64,000 bases of DNA from Eukaryota sp. TZLM1-RC (lineage: Eukaryota; Protista; Metamonada: BaSk clade), in NCBI GenBank assembly GCA_040285825.1, contig JAUPSS010000004.1, forward strand, positions 3,390,550 to 3,454,549, in the 5' to 3' direction. Shown in pieces: positions 10,901 through 20,135 of the stretch. Positions within the stretch are counted from its first letter, which is position 1. Each line of letters opens with the position of its first letter. The translations under genes were made by a program, and so were the position numbers. The notes beneath the pieces were generated by a model, which saw only the letters and a program-made list of their open reading frames with translations, made no database searches and had not been told where the DNA came from.

Positions 10901-12742
10901 TTCTAAATATAATTCATGATTTTTTATACAATCGAGTTCTTTAAAATCAGACACTATTAGGTTGAGATTTAAGCAATCTCTATGATCACAATGAAAGGAA
11001 CATAGTGATCTGAAATCACCAATACAAAAATGATACAAGCTTTTGTAATAACACAATTCTTGGCACTTTGAGGAGTTGTAATGAGAAAGATTAATGAAAA
11101 TTGAGTCAAAGTCTCCATTATTAAAACAAGTTTTAATTTGGTCAAGATCAAGAGTTGATGCATCAGGATTATCACCGTCATCAACAATAAAATCATCACT
11201 TTCAGAGATTTCCTTGTTATTGACTTCTATTTGATGTAAGCTTGCCTTTTCCAAGTCTTTTTTCAATTCTGTTTCTTTTTCTATTTCCCTTTGTTGTTCT
11301 AATTGTTGTTGTTTGGATAGATTGAGTGATTCTAAAAGTGCAGAAACTCTATCTTCCAGGAAAGGAAAGTCATCATCATTGAATAAGTTTCTATTGATGA
11401 TACCATTAGTTTTTCTTAACAAACGCTGACACTCCACAAAATTCAAGTCATCAATTAAATCAGAAAATTCATTTAATTGAGATCTCCAATGTGGCAAAAG
11501 AGTTACCAATTCGTCTCTTTTCTTAACATTCTGATCATATTTTGAATCTAATTCCAAATAGAAACGCTCAATTTCAATTAATTTTGCTATTTCTTCTGTT
11601 AAATTAGCCTCATCAAATTGAACACCAGATTCTCCTAATTCAAAAGCACCATTTACTGGGTGAATAATGCAGCTTCTCGACCCAATTGAGATATTGAAAT
11701 AGGCAGCAACAACACGTTCTATTAATAAAAACTGGTTGTTTCTTTCAACAATATGAAGCCTGGCTATTTGAGTATTAGATAACTTTAAAGAAACTGTTTG
11801 GCAAAGTACTTTTAATTGATCAAATAAGTCTTTAACAATTGATTTAAACATTTTCCTTGTAATTCTCCCAGAAAACGATCCGTTATTCCCTCCATCCAAA
11901 TAAAAAGAAACCGATTCCTCTACAGATAAACAATTCCTAATAAAACTTGCTTGATTAACCAAATATTGCCACTCAAAACGACCCTCATTCCCTTCTTTCC
12001 TGACTTCATTCCTCAACCACTTGGCTAAACAAGTGTCAAAACTAGCATATCCAAGGTCATGAGAGGCCTCTCCTAGCTTGAGCACCGGATCTCCATTGTT
12101 GTTAGCCTCAATGACTGTCATGAAAGTGGAATGTGAACACATATCAAAAACAAGAAGGGTATCATGATTGGAAGAGGAGGACGACCGAAGCGGGGAAAAG
12201 CGGGCACTGAGAATACGTATCTGGTCAAGAGAAGAAGACAAGTTGACGTGGAGAAGGGATTCAAAATTGGTGAGGACTTTGAATCGGGAAAAACCAGCAA
12301 TTGTTACGGCTTTCTTTATAATTTCTCGTTGCTTACTGGTCCAAAAACCAGGAATCACAACAAGTATACCAGCAGCTGAACCATTGGTTTGTCTTCTTAT
12401 ATGTCCAAGGAGCATGCCCAAGAGAAGCGATGAAGGTAGGTGCTGTAAGTTATCATTATGTTGAACAGTGGCTTGTATTTCGTTTGGATGGTATGTGAGG
12501 TTTTCGGATAAGGGAAACCATTTGGGAATATCATCGGGAGAGGTAACTGCTAATAGTTGTTTAAGATCTGAGAATCTGTTATGACGACCTTGACGGCGAA
12601 TAATCTGACCAAACTCTCGATGATCACTGAGGAAAGCAATTGTATCATCGAAATATTTCAAGACTGTCTGTTGAGGATCTGAAGAAGAACGACAGGATAC
12701 AGCAATCTGTCGTGAAGAGAGATCTATGGCAATGTAATCCAT
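7946..12742 (-). CDS. Divergent Hsp70/Hsp110-like NBD fused to TPR and SEL1-like repeats
   Basis: N-terminal IAIDL, VIPGFWTSKQREIIKKAVTIAGF, LVFDM, LGYASFD, ITRKMF resemble Hsp70 NBD motifs; C-terminal repeats of the A..LG..Y..G....A..Y...AA..G type. Confidence 0.75.
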   Translation of the reverse strand: MDYIAIDLSSRQIAVSCRSSSDPQQTVLKYFDDTIAFLSDHREFGQIIRRQGRHNRFSDLKQLLAVTSPDDIPKWFPLSENLTYHPNEIQATVQHNDNLQHLPSSLLLGMLLGHIRRQTNGSAAGILVVIPGFWTSKQREIIKKAVTIAGFSRFKVLTNFESLLHVNLSSSLDQIRILSARFSPLRSSSSSNHDTLLVFDMCSHSTFMTVIEANNNGDPVLKLGEASHDLGYASFDTCLAKWLRNEVRKEGNEGRFEWQYLVNQASFIRNCLSVEESVSFYLDGGNNGSFSGRITRKMFKSIVKDLFDQLKVLCQTVSLKLSNTQIARLHIVERNNQFLLIERVVAAYFNISIGSRSCIIHPVNGAFELGESGVQFDEANLTEEIAKLIEIERFYLELDSKYDQNVKKRDELVTLLPHWRSQLNEFSDLIDDLNFVECQRLLRKTNGIINRNLFNDDDFPFLEDRVSALLESLNLSKQQQLEQQREIEKETELKKDLEKASLHQIEVNNKEISESDDFIVDDGDNPDASTLDLDQIKTCFNNGDFDSIFINLSHYNSSKCQELCYYKSLYHFCIGDFRSLCSFHCDHRDCLNLNLIVSDFKELDCIKNHELYLEKLNKFITKIEAICTKALPLAQAYCYRAISIWSQDFSCKLSSILLLSQCLSIQPNHQNALLFKGIFEIELGLFSSSVASFTQLVDVNQNQIYLACLDLAQLLEHCFGSVGFHSLFEVSFTQSINHSDIIAKSQNVLSILAELSKCRDATIDFFGDLKLILGSLPRTTSIIDQISTDVSIKIISQLIKLEGINQTAKDPLPLQSIRFDWFNNWLNVTPNHPSSIVYQALCLEYGFVLPKDCTKATALYYGISNMDVLDQLEKRFCAFSKYKCAVNLESQNDNIAAFEMFKSSFNLFFNLASAFHAAKCLMTIIDQAQDHYRDEDVNEVVSLFEQVLGVEPQSDWIPGIEFISIEEVFEISAFYPFIYFNLAQVYRRYLNNINSAMFYYQKGFELECPACSYELGLLYMDNSLGKPSLTTALACFKIAIKSNHAEGAYQAGICSKLMNDFDPAIQYFQLAHQQGYVLGWLELGKIYLNPGLNFPKDLGISYLKEAAKHNITEACLLIGDHYLKESLTRPNSTEKALEYYRLALESPECFFKAGLILMERGNEGDVLEGRRLCQNAAECGFPNAMEEMGKWLLMDADATEVSNVFGYELKDKCQHGVKYLANAAKKDNVNACKLLGKYYQDRLGSGDVKDDELALTYWKKAADLEDLEAIYNVARLLHQKSNPNANANPNLDEALLYYQAAFNGGHHLSCFFMVEIRICRYQCLQGISDQEFHDLIQLTDSFSVLLEGSRAKFSHFDYENIEQERSLLGDLFFYKGILYQAFYTKLVVTERVIDDGYFKKAIEAFEQGSNEGAHCAFELFKYYSTNGDSEKKKKFLNLAAKKHHPHACFVLGDELLKKSTTEGDSVTRTANQKAAAKYFKDAVNFLFNTTNFTFPEESYSIAYLRSPTLEHVERAIDVYEGEKRKGVCSVDHSLLKELYLIACEHAEASKKVLKVAASLYRERGDSEDGMRKADELEKRASLIVHYQERFVNNSCVVI

Positions 12743-12746
12743 AATA

Positions 12747-13194
12747 TGTTGGATTTCGAGTTGAGTTGAGTCAAGTTAACTCGAGTTAAACTTGACCGAC
12801 TCAACTCGACTTATAGTTACATCCATTTACACAAATCCTCCTTGACATCATCATGGCCATTGATCTTTTCACATCTTTTTCTTTTCAAATATCATGTCAT
12901 ATCAAATAAAAATCATACTTCGTTTCAAAATAATCAAACAAAAAAACTAACACTCACTTGATTGCACTCTAGCTGTCAACCATATGTGCTGTTTTTATAC
13001 CAAAACCTTAAACATAATGAACATTTTGCAATATTTTTCTTTACTAATGATCAACTATGTAGTGTTGCCACGTAATCGAAGAACAGTAGAGGAAGAAGTT
13101 TTATGTCATAAGTTTACTAATTTTGAGTCTAGTTGACTCATTTGGATAATACGTGACTCGACCCCAAACTCGGTGAATTGAGTCGAAATCCTAT
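12747..13194. mobile_element. Possible MITE (hAT-like) with ACTCGA/TGAGTC subterminal repeats
   Basis: GGATTTCGA at 12751 and inverted TCGAAATCC at 13183; clusters of GAGTT/ACTCG repeats inside both ends; no TSD found. Confidence 0.45.
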
Positions 13195-13639
13195 ATGACA
13201 GAGTCAGGAATTTGGATCATATGTTAGCCTTGGATAATATTTGTAATGATAGTTTATTTATAGTTTATTTATAGATTATTTACAGTTTATTGTACAAATG
13301 CGCCCATGCGCTGAAGTTGAGGGAAATCCTCTTTCCCTTGTAATAAATCTCATTACATTTCAGGTATAATTTATGTCTAACCCATCCAGATCATCACATA
13401 CACCATTTGGGACATACAGCAGAAAATGACTTATACCTTCAGTATTCAAAAGAATGTTTGAACATTTCAGTAACATTTTGAGTTGTTATGTTCTATATAA
13501 GTCTTCTGTTAGTTTGTCTATCTTGCAGTTCTTCAAATAAATTTGGTGTCAAATAACGAACAATGTTCGATGTCAATGGATTGAATCTTCGAGTTACAAG
13601 AAATGTTATAGAAAATTTCTGAAAATCCCGCTTCTACAA

Positions 13640-13890
13640 TAGACTTGCTACAATAGAGTTTCTGAGGGTCTGACAAGAGGTGATTTGTTTGTTCCCGGCT
13701 TAAATGGAAGCGTTACCATTTTAGAGGCCATGTCCATTGACCCTTGCAATTTTTTTGACAAACATTACATTAATTCTAGATGTAGAACTTATGTAGACAT
13801 AGATATGTAGATGTAGAGCTTACGTAGAGGATGTAGCGCTTTAATTGTGTATTTGATGATTTTTTATTCCTTATTCGATAAAGAAATAAA
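13640..13890 (+). mobile_element. Degenerate CRE-like retrotransposon 3' fragment (family A)
   Basis: DNA similarity to 23845-23975 (GLTRGDL..PGLNGS) and to the 24325-24380 3' end. Confidence 0.7.
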
Positions 13891-14317
13891 AATAATTTCA
13901 TGATCTACAAACAATTTAGTAATACTATAAAGTAAAGGTAACATTACCCAAAAGCAGAATTGATCTTGAGTCAGGCCAAAGAATTATCCATGTATAGACC
14001 CCTCTATGTCTCCTTCAAAAAACACCCAAGTTCCAGTAGTGCAATTGGTACCCTACATCGTAATTTTGCTTTCTATAGTAAGTGATGTGTAGAAAATAGG
14101 ATACAAGAAGAAAATAGTTTTGAAAATTTGATTTATTTCAGATATTGAATAATTCCACTAAAATGATGGACTTTCAGATTCAGAAAAAGTGATTTTATTC
14201 AAAATAATGAACAGAAAAAGGACAGTAAAATGACTAACAAGTGATGACTATTGAAAAAGAACTAATGATCTGCAAAGAAACCAAAAAAAGAGTTGAATAA
14301 AAAGCCCATTGTAAGAA

Positions 14318-14620
14318 TTAGTCACTGTCTGACGATGAAGAGTCACTGTCTGACGAGGTAGAATACCCGTCGCTACAGCCATCCCCATTCAGAGAAAGCA
14401 CACCTGGAAAGAGGTCAAATTGTATGAACCTATTGGAATCAGTACCAGAAGTAGTTGTAGGCAAAGGGGAATCTTGCATTGTGGGGACAAACTTACGTAA
14501 ACGGTCAAGTAATGCAGAAGAGTTTGACATCACCTCTTCAGGAGTGAGGCTTGATGACTCCACTTCTTGAGGAAAAGAGTATTCTAAAGGCTGAAGAGGA
14601 TATGAGGAAGATTCAGACAT
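14318..14620 (-). CDS. Small protein, possibly NOPCHAP1/DUF4598-like
   Basis: 100-aa ORF; SALLDRLRKFVPTM and FIQFDLFPGVL resemble the two conserved DUF4598 blocks; acidic Ser tail. Confidence 0.5.
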   Translation of the reverse strand: MSESSSYPLQPLEYSFPQEVESSSLTPEEVMSNSSALLDRLRKFVPTMQDSPLPTTTSGTDSNRFIQFDLFPGVLSLNGDGCSDGYSTSSDSDSSSSDSD

Positions 14621-15829
14621 CAGCTAATAGTACAAAAATGTCAAATAGTAGTAACCCGTTGAGATTACTGGAATATGAAGATGAAATGAATCAAGATCTT
14701 TTCAAAACTTGAGGTCTGAGATTCTGATCCACATCATGAATCAAATTACGAACATCATTGACATTACGATTCCATAGACATCTATACTTCTTACAAGGTA
14801 CTACATTGTGTATCAATACCGTTTTACTATTTGCTGCGACATAAGGTTTTAGATTAGGGACCCGATAGTTTTTTACATTTTCACCTTCTCTTCCTTCGAA
14901 TATACAACTTTGACATCAACGGCTTTTTTCTCCATTCATCGGTAGTAATTATGGGAAGTTCCATTTTTTAAGCATTTGTCGATAATCAACACTCTTTGTA
15001 GGTGCTTGATGGTCAAAATTAACCTACTTCCAATCACCGATTACTACGATGTTATTTGCTGGATGTGCAAACTTATTCTCAACTTCATTAATCAAATTTT
15101 CTTTCAATCTAGCTTTGACCATGAAATCTCCAAACTTCGTGACTCTTCATTCATCTTGAAAGCAGAACGCTCCTGCAAAGGAGAGAAAAGATGTTTTTTG
15201 CCTTGCAGTAAGATAAAAATATTTTCATGATTTTGTGTCTTCTTTGAAAATTGTTTTAATTCTTCTTTCCACTACTTGGCATTTGTATCTTTTTAATGCA
15301 TATTATTAGCTTTGTTTTCAGAATATGTGATAGTCTTTGTTCAGAGTTTCTCTACTTCTCTGAGTGGTAGTGAAACTTTTGAAAGTAATTGCCTCTAGTT
15401 TTGATTTCTTTTTTTTTTCATTTTGAGGAGGATTATAGTTTGGTTTGAAATCTTAATCTTTTTCTTGGTGGTTGAATTTTATTTTTGCAAACTGATATAG
15501 AGGAATTTGACATTACCGAATTTAATCCTTATTTAATGAGCTGTTGATTTTGCTCATCAAAACAAACTTTGTTTAACAAAAATTATGTATCTTTTTCAAC
15601 AAAAAGTCGATGAAAAGCAGCCAGAGCAACTTAAACATCTATTAGAATTGAATCAGGTTCAAGATGAAGATTAATGGTTAAATCACAAGCACTTCGTTCT
15701 ATTCAAATTTCAAGTGAATAAAACAGAAACATTATTTTATAGACTGAAATACAGTGGACTTGAGCCCAGGATTTAGATAAAAATATATCAATCATAAAGG
15801 AAGAAATTGAAAAAACTAAATTGTATAAC

Positions 15830-16913
15830 CTATACCTTTCCCCGTTGCCGAGAAGCTGGAGGTGTGTATGGCCGTTGTAATCCAGATCCGTACATGGATT
15901 TTCGTTGTGTATTGGCAGGGCGGAGAACCTGGAAGCTACACATTAGGGCTGCAGTGAAAATAAGTAATATAAACAAACTCTCGTCTACTGACATCATAGC
16001 TCCAGCATTATCAAACTCTCCACAATCTAAAGTAAGAGAAAAATTAGAAAAATCATACAGTTTGGAGCAGAGAATATTGTGACGAGCTGGCGATGTGCAA
16101 AAAACTCATAACCATCCTCAACAACTTGATGTGCCCTGCAAACAAGATCCAGGTCTTGTGAATCTAAGAAGCTTTGGACAACATCAGGTCCGAATGTGTA
16201 AGATACGCCTCTGTCGTTTTCACCCCAACCACTGATATCCTTATCAGGGTCAGACCAGAGCAAGTCACACAGGAGTCCAGAATCAGGAACATCAGTGGGT
16301 CGGACAATGCGACGGACTTGTTGTAGGTCCTTCAAGTCAGGAGAAAGCCCTCCATGCATACAGAAGATCTTTTCGTCGATGACAGCGGCAATGGGAAGAG
16401 AATTGAAACAATCAGTGAAAAGTTTCCATAGTTTGACACCAGAGATGTACCGCCGCTTGCATTCGTCATAGAAGCCATAGATGCGGTTGATACTGGCACA
16501 TTCATGGTTTCCTCGTAATATAAAGAAGTTTTCAGGGTATTTGATTTTGTAAGCTAGTAATAGGCACACTGTTTCAATACTTTGCTTACCTCTGTCAACG
16601 TAATCACCAAGGAAAAGATAGTTTGCATCAGGGGGAAATCCTCCATACTCAAAAAGACGAAGAAGATCAAAATACTGACCGTGTATGTCACCTAAGGTCA
16701 TAAGGAAAGGGTTGTGAACTTACCGCAAATCTTTATAGGAGCTTCCAGTTCGAGAAGCACGGGCTGTGAAAGAAATATTTCCCTTGCTCTGTGTATAAGA
16801 CCGCGAACCTCGTTATCTGACAACGTAACCTGTTTACCTGGTCTGTTTCCACGAACTTCAAGAAGTCTTCGGATTATGCTATCTACATCAATGTCGTAAC
16901 GATTGGAGGACAT
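15830..16913 (-). CDS. PPP1C: Ser/Thr protein phosphatase PP1 catalytic subunit (4 exons; introns 16692-16723, 16027-16058, 15949-15978)
   Basis: GDIHG, GDYVDRG, RGNHE, SAPNYC, MMSVDETLMCSFQ restored by removing three GT-AG introns of 32, 32 and 30 nt; C-terminal RPYTPP. Confidence 0.95.
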
Positions 16914-17571
16914 AAGAAGGAGTATGTAAGATGAATGGAGTATGGGCGGTTTCTTGTTGGGAAGTGGTTTTCTCTTTGAATGTCATTTTCCAAATTCTTC
17001 ACTTATTCAACCAATTAATAAGTTAACAAAGGAGTATTTTAAAAAGAGACTTCACCAAAAATTAATGAGTAAACTCATTTTGTTGGCTGAAGTTATTCGC
17101 ACAGCGTCTAATACGAGGATCTTTCTACCTTTAAAATGAGTATCAGGTTTTCCCAGTCGAAAGTGATGGGGATTGCAGACTGGGAGCAACAGAAACACTA
17201 GGAAGAGAACCTATAAAACACGTTTTGTAATTTGCTTTAAACTGACTGGTTTTATGTTGATGTATTGATAAGTTTCAAACCAGTTGCATCAATTGTTAGA
17301 AGAAGAAACAATTGATAATGTTGGATAGTGCAAATATGAAGTGTAAAGATAGAGGAATGAAAAATCTAATTTGGTAATGAAATTTGGTAATTAAATTTCT
17401 AAAAAAAAATTTGGCGGTAATGGAGGCATATGTAAGTTAAGGTGATGGACTGATTTATTTACAGAGAAGCACGGCTGATCCAAATAAAATTAGTTTGTTC
17501 TAAAACACAGGAATTAAGGTGAAAATCTTCCACTTTCTCTTAGGGACACTTATCAGACAACATCTGTCAGA

Positions 17572-18252
17572 ATGATGCAATATGTACCGTTGAACAGTGT
17601 ACAAATTCCCCGTCTTTATCTACCAGATCTTCAACCTCACACTTTTTCATCGCAATCAGCAAGATCAGCACGATATTATCGAACTTCTTCCTATTCAAGA
17701 CATTTAAGACGTCCCTCGACGTACGATGTGAGTCCTACTTATACAAATAATTCATCAACTGTTGCAATTGACAAACCTGTACTTTCTGCACGCTCAAGAC
17801 CATCCATCAGCCATCGAACATCTCAACGGTCACAAAGATCTATAATCAAGTCTAAAATAAGCTTTGACGATCTTGAATTTCCCCCCGCAGACCACATTCA
17901 ACCTGAAAGCAGTGTTGTTGAACAGTTACCGGAATCTTACTTATCCAGCGTTTCTATTATTGAAATTGCTCCTGAAAAAGTTCTTTCTCCAAACCACAAA
18001 GTTGGGACTTCTTCATTCAAACATGTACCCTCCCCTGCGCTCAAATCCAGCAGACGTGCAACATCCCGTCAACCAAAAAGAAGGAGTCCCAAAAGATCTG
18101 TACCAAGTGTTTCAAGGTCTGATTTGCAGAATGATGGTTTTTTTCAAAGTTCAGCAAGAAGAGCATTGTCTAAGTGTCCCCCAACTATGATTGATATCAC
18201 AGAACCAAAGACTAGAAGGATCGGTAAAGCCTGGAAAAGTCTAGAGCTCTGA
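17572..18252 (+). CDS. Hypothetical Ser/Arg/Pro-rich protein
   Basis: 226-aa ORF between AT-rich flanks; no domain recognised. Confidence 0.6.
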   Translation: MMQYVPLNSVQIPRLYLPDLQPHTFSSQSARSARYYRTSSYSRHLRRPSTYDVSPTYTNNSSTVAIDKPVLSARSRPSISHRTSQRSQRSIIKSKISFDDLEFPPADHIQPESSVVEQLPESYLSSVSIIEIAPEKVLSPNHKVGTSSFKHVPSPALKSSRRATSRQPKRRSPKRSVPSVSRSDLQNDGFFQSSARRALSKCPPTMIDITEPKTRRIGKAWKSLEL

Positions 18253-18450
18253 GTGATTGTAAAATTAATAAGTGTGCTTGAATAATTTCAAGCAACATTG
18301 TTAGCCTTGATTGATGAAGTGTAAGTATCGTTTATTTTAATTTATTGTAAAAATTTGTACATGTAAACCTAATTTATTTTAGCTATATTAGATTTTTTTG
18401 AAATGTGAAATTTGTACAAATGCTAAAGTATTTTAAAAGCTATTTTTAGC

Positions 18451-19388
18451 TCAATCTTCTTTTTTCGAGTAATTACATAAGGGAGACCGTAATCGTTTCT
18501 GGTTACTTATACAAGAAGGTGTGCAAATCGTTACACAAGACACCACAGAAGGTTGCTTCTTCTTTAGTTCCTCATGACGCTTTGGGTCAACCTTTTGGAT
18601 GACTGTTTGGGTTACTACCTCGTCAGAAGGGAGCGGAGGAGGGGCTGAGGTGGAAGACTTCCTTTTACGAGACCGTACGATGAAATCATAAGTGGTGAGT
18701 CCGGAACGAAGCAACCCGACATGGAAGATAAGCAACTGTAGGAGGAGGTAAGAGGTGGGAAGCGAGACGAGACCTATAAGTGAGAGAAATGCAAGCTTCA
18801 CCCACTTGAAGGAAATTGACCTGAAATGACTTCGCAGGGGACCGAAAATGATAAACAAAAATACTAAAAACGTGGTTATACATAGAGAGACGGCCAGGAA
18901 CGTCATGATAATCAACAACACAAAGAACTGTACATAATTATGCGCCTTGGACACACAAGTGTTGAGATACCTGCAATGATGATCAAAGTTGCTGGAGTTA
19001 GGGGATATAATTATAAAACGCACCTTACACATTTATTACACAGTTTGCAGTGCTTGGAGTTGGGCAACACGTGGGTCTTGCATATACAACAATAGTTTTG
19101 TTCATCAACTACTCTGAAACCTGGTGGTAAGGTTTTAGAAGACCGTGTTATCCTAGTATAATCAACAGAAGGGTCTGCTGGGTCTATGAACGAGCACCAA
19201 AGTTTGAGAAAAACACCCAGCGAAAGGAGAAATATCCACGGGTAGGCAACATATACAAATGCGAAAGGAGGAATAAAAGGAAGTAATACAAGGAAAAAAC
19301 CGGAAGCAAAAAAACCAAAGATAGATATGGCTATGATCTGGACAACATCGAATGGTCGTTGAAGTCCATGGCGTCGTGAATGACGCAT
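18451..19388 (-). CDS. DHHC palmitoyltransferase (intron 18992-19023)
   Basis: MRHSRRHGLQRPF start; C..C...V...[25 protein letters not shown] after splicing a 32-nt GT-AG intron; four TM segments; TTYDFI. Confidence 0.92.
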
Positions 19389-19838
19389 TGAATAAGAGTC
19401 CACAAATAGATAACTGTTGTTGCAAAGTAAAACAAGATTTTTCTGTGGGAAATTCCCATAATAATTACAATCACTATCACACAGATATTGAGGTCTTTCA
19501 TCACCACTCATTCTGGCTTCAGCAATTGCAAGCATGTTCAGACAAGCCAGCTTATTTCTATTGAAAAGCTTTGTTGAGCCTTTGTTACTGAGTTTGCAAC
19601 TCTCACTGCTGCAAGCTAATAAACCATGACATGTAGTAACAGGAGTCTTTTCTCTTCTATAGAATCTGGGATTTGTTACTCTCAAAAACGTAGCAACCTT
19701 TTCAAAACAAACAGGACATTTTGCTGAAGTGAACACTTCATTAATCATCAATACTTCAAATCCATTCCTTTTCAGAAATTGAATCCATGCAATGCCACGA
19801 GTAGGTCTATGATGTTTCAAATTCTTGGAACCTTTTTT

Positions 19839-19988
19839 TTTTTTGATTTTTTTTTCTGGAGTGGGTAAGAGACATCCAATAAGCTCTTCAACAGAAGACA
19901 AACCTCGGGCAGCCAAGTAATGAGATAGGCCATTTTCTAATTCATCCAATATCTGAAGACCATATTTGGTGGGTAGAGTACAGAACTG
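19839..19988 (-). pseudogene. Retroposed mRNA fragment (DHODH/DPYD-PreA-like C-terminal part) with poly(A), inserted in the Fanzor ORF
   Basis: QFCTLPTKYGLQILDELENGLSHYLAARGLSSVEELIG followed by an A-tract; interrupts GDYG|KKGSK, which is intact in copies C and D. Confidence 0.7.
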
Positions 19989-20135
19989 CATAATCACCCA
20001 TTAGAATTAAAGTGTCTTTTGAATTGCCAAACTGCCCGAACAAGGCTTTTTAACAATCAACTTTCAGTCTTTTGCTTGTGAATAAAAGCTTGCATTTTAT
20101 GAATGCTCCACAAGTCAAGACTGTAAAAGTCAATT

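Noticed and set aside
14941-14965. GTAATTATGGGAAGTTCCA resembling the Fanzor 3' end
   Set aside because: Short match with no adjacent element homology; may be chance
19011-19997. 328-aa ORF suggesting a Fanzor-DHHC fusion protein
   Set aside because: Chance chimera of a retroposed insert, the Fanzor C-terminus (stop lost in this copy) and DHHC exon 1; DHHC has its own ATG at 19388
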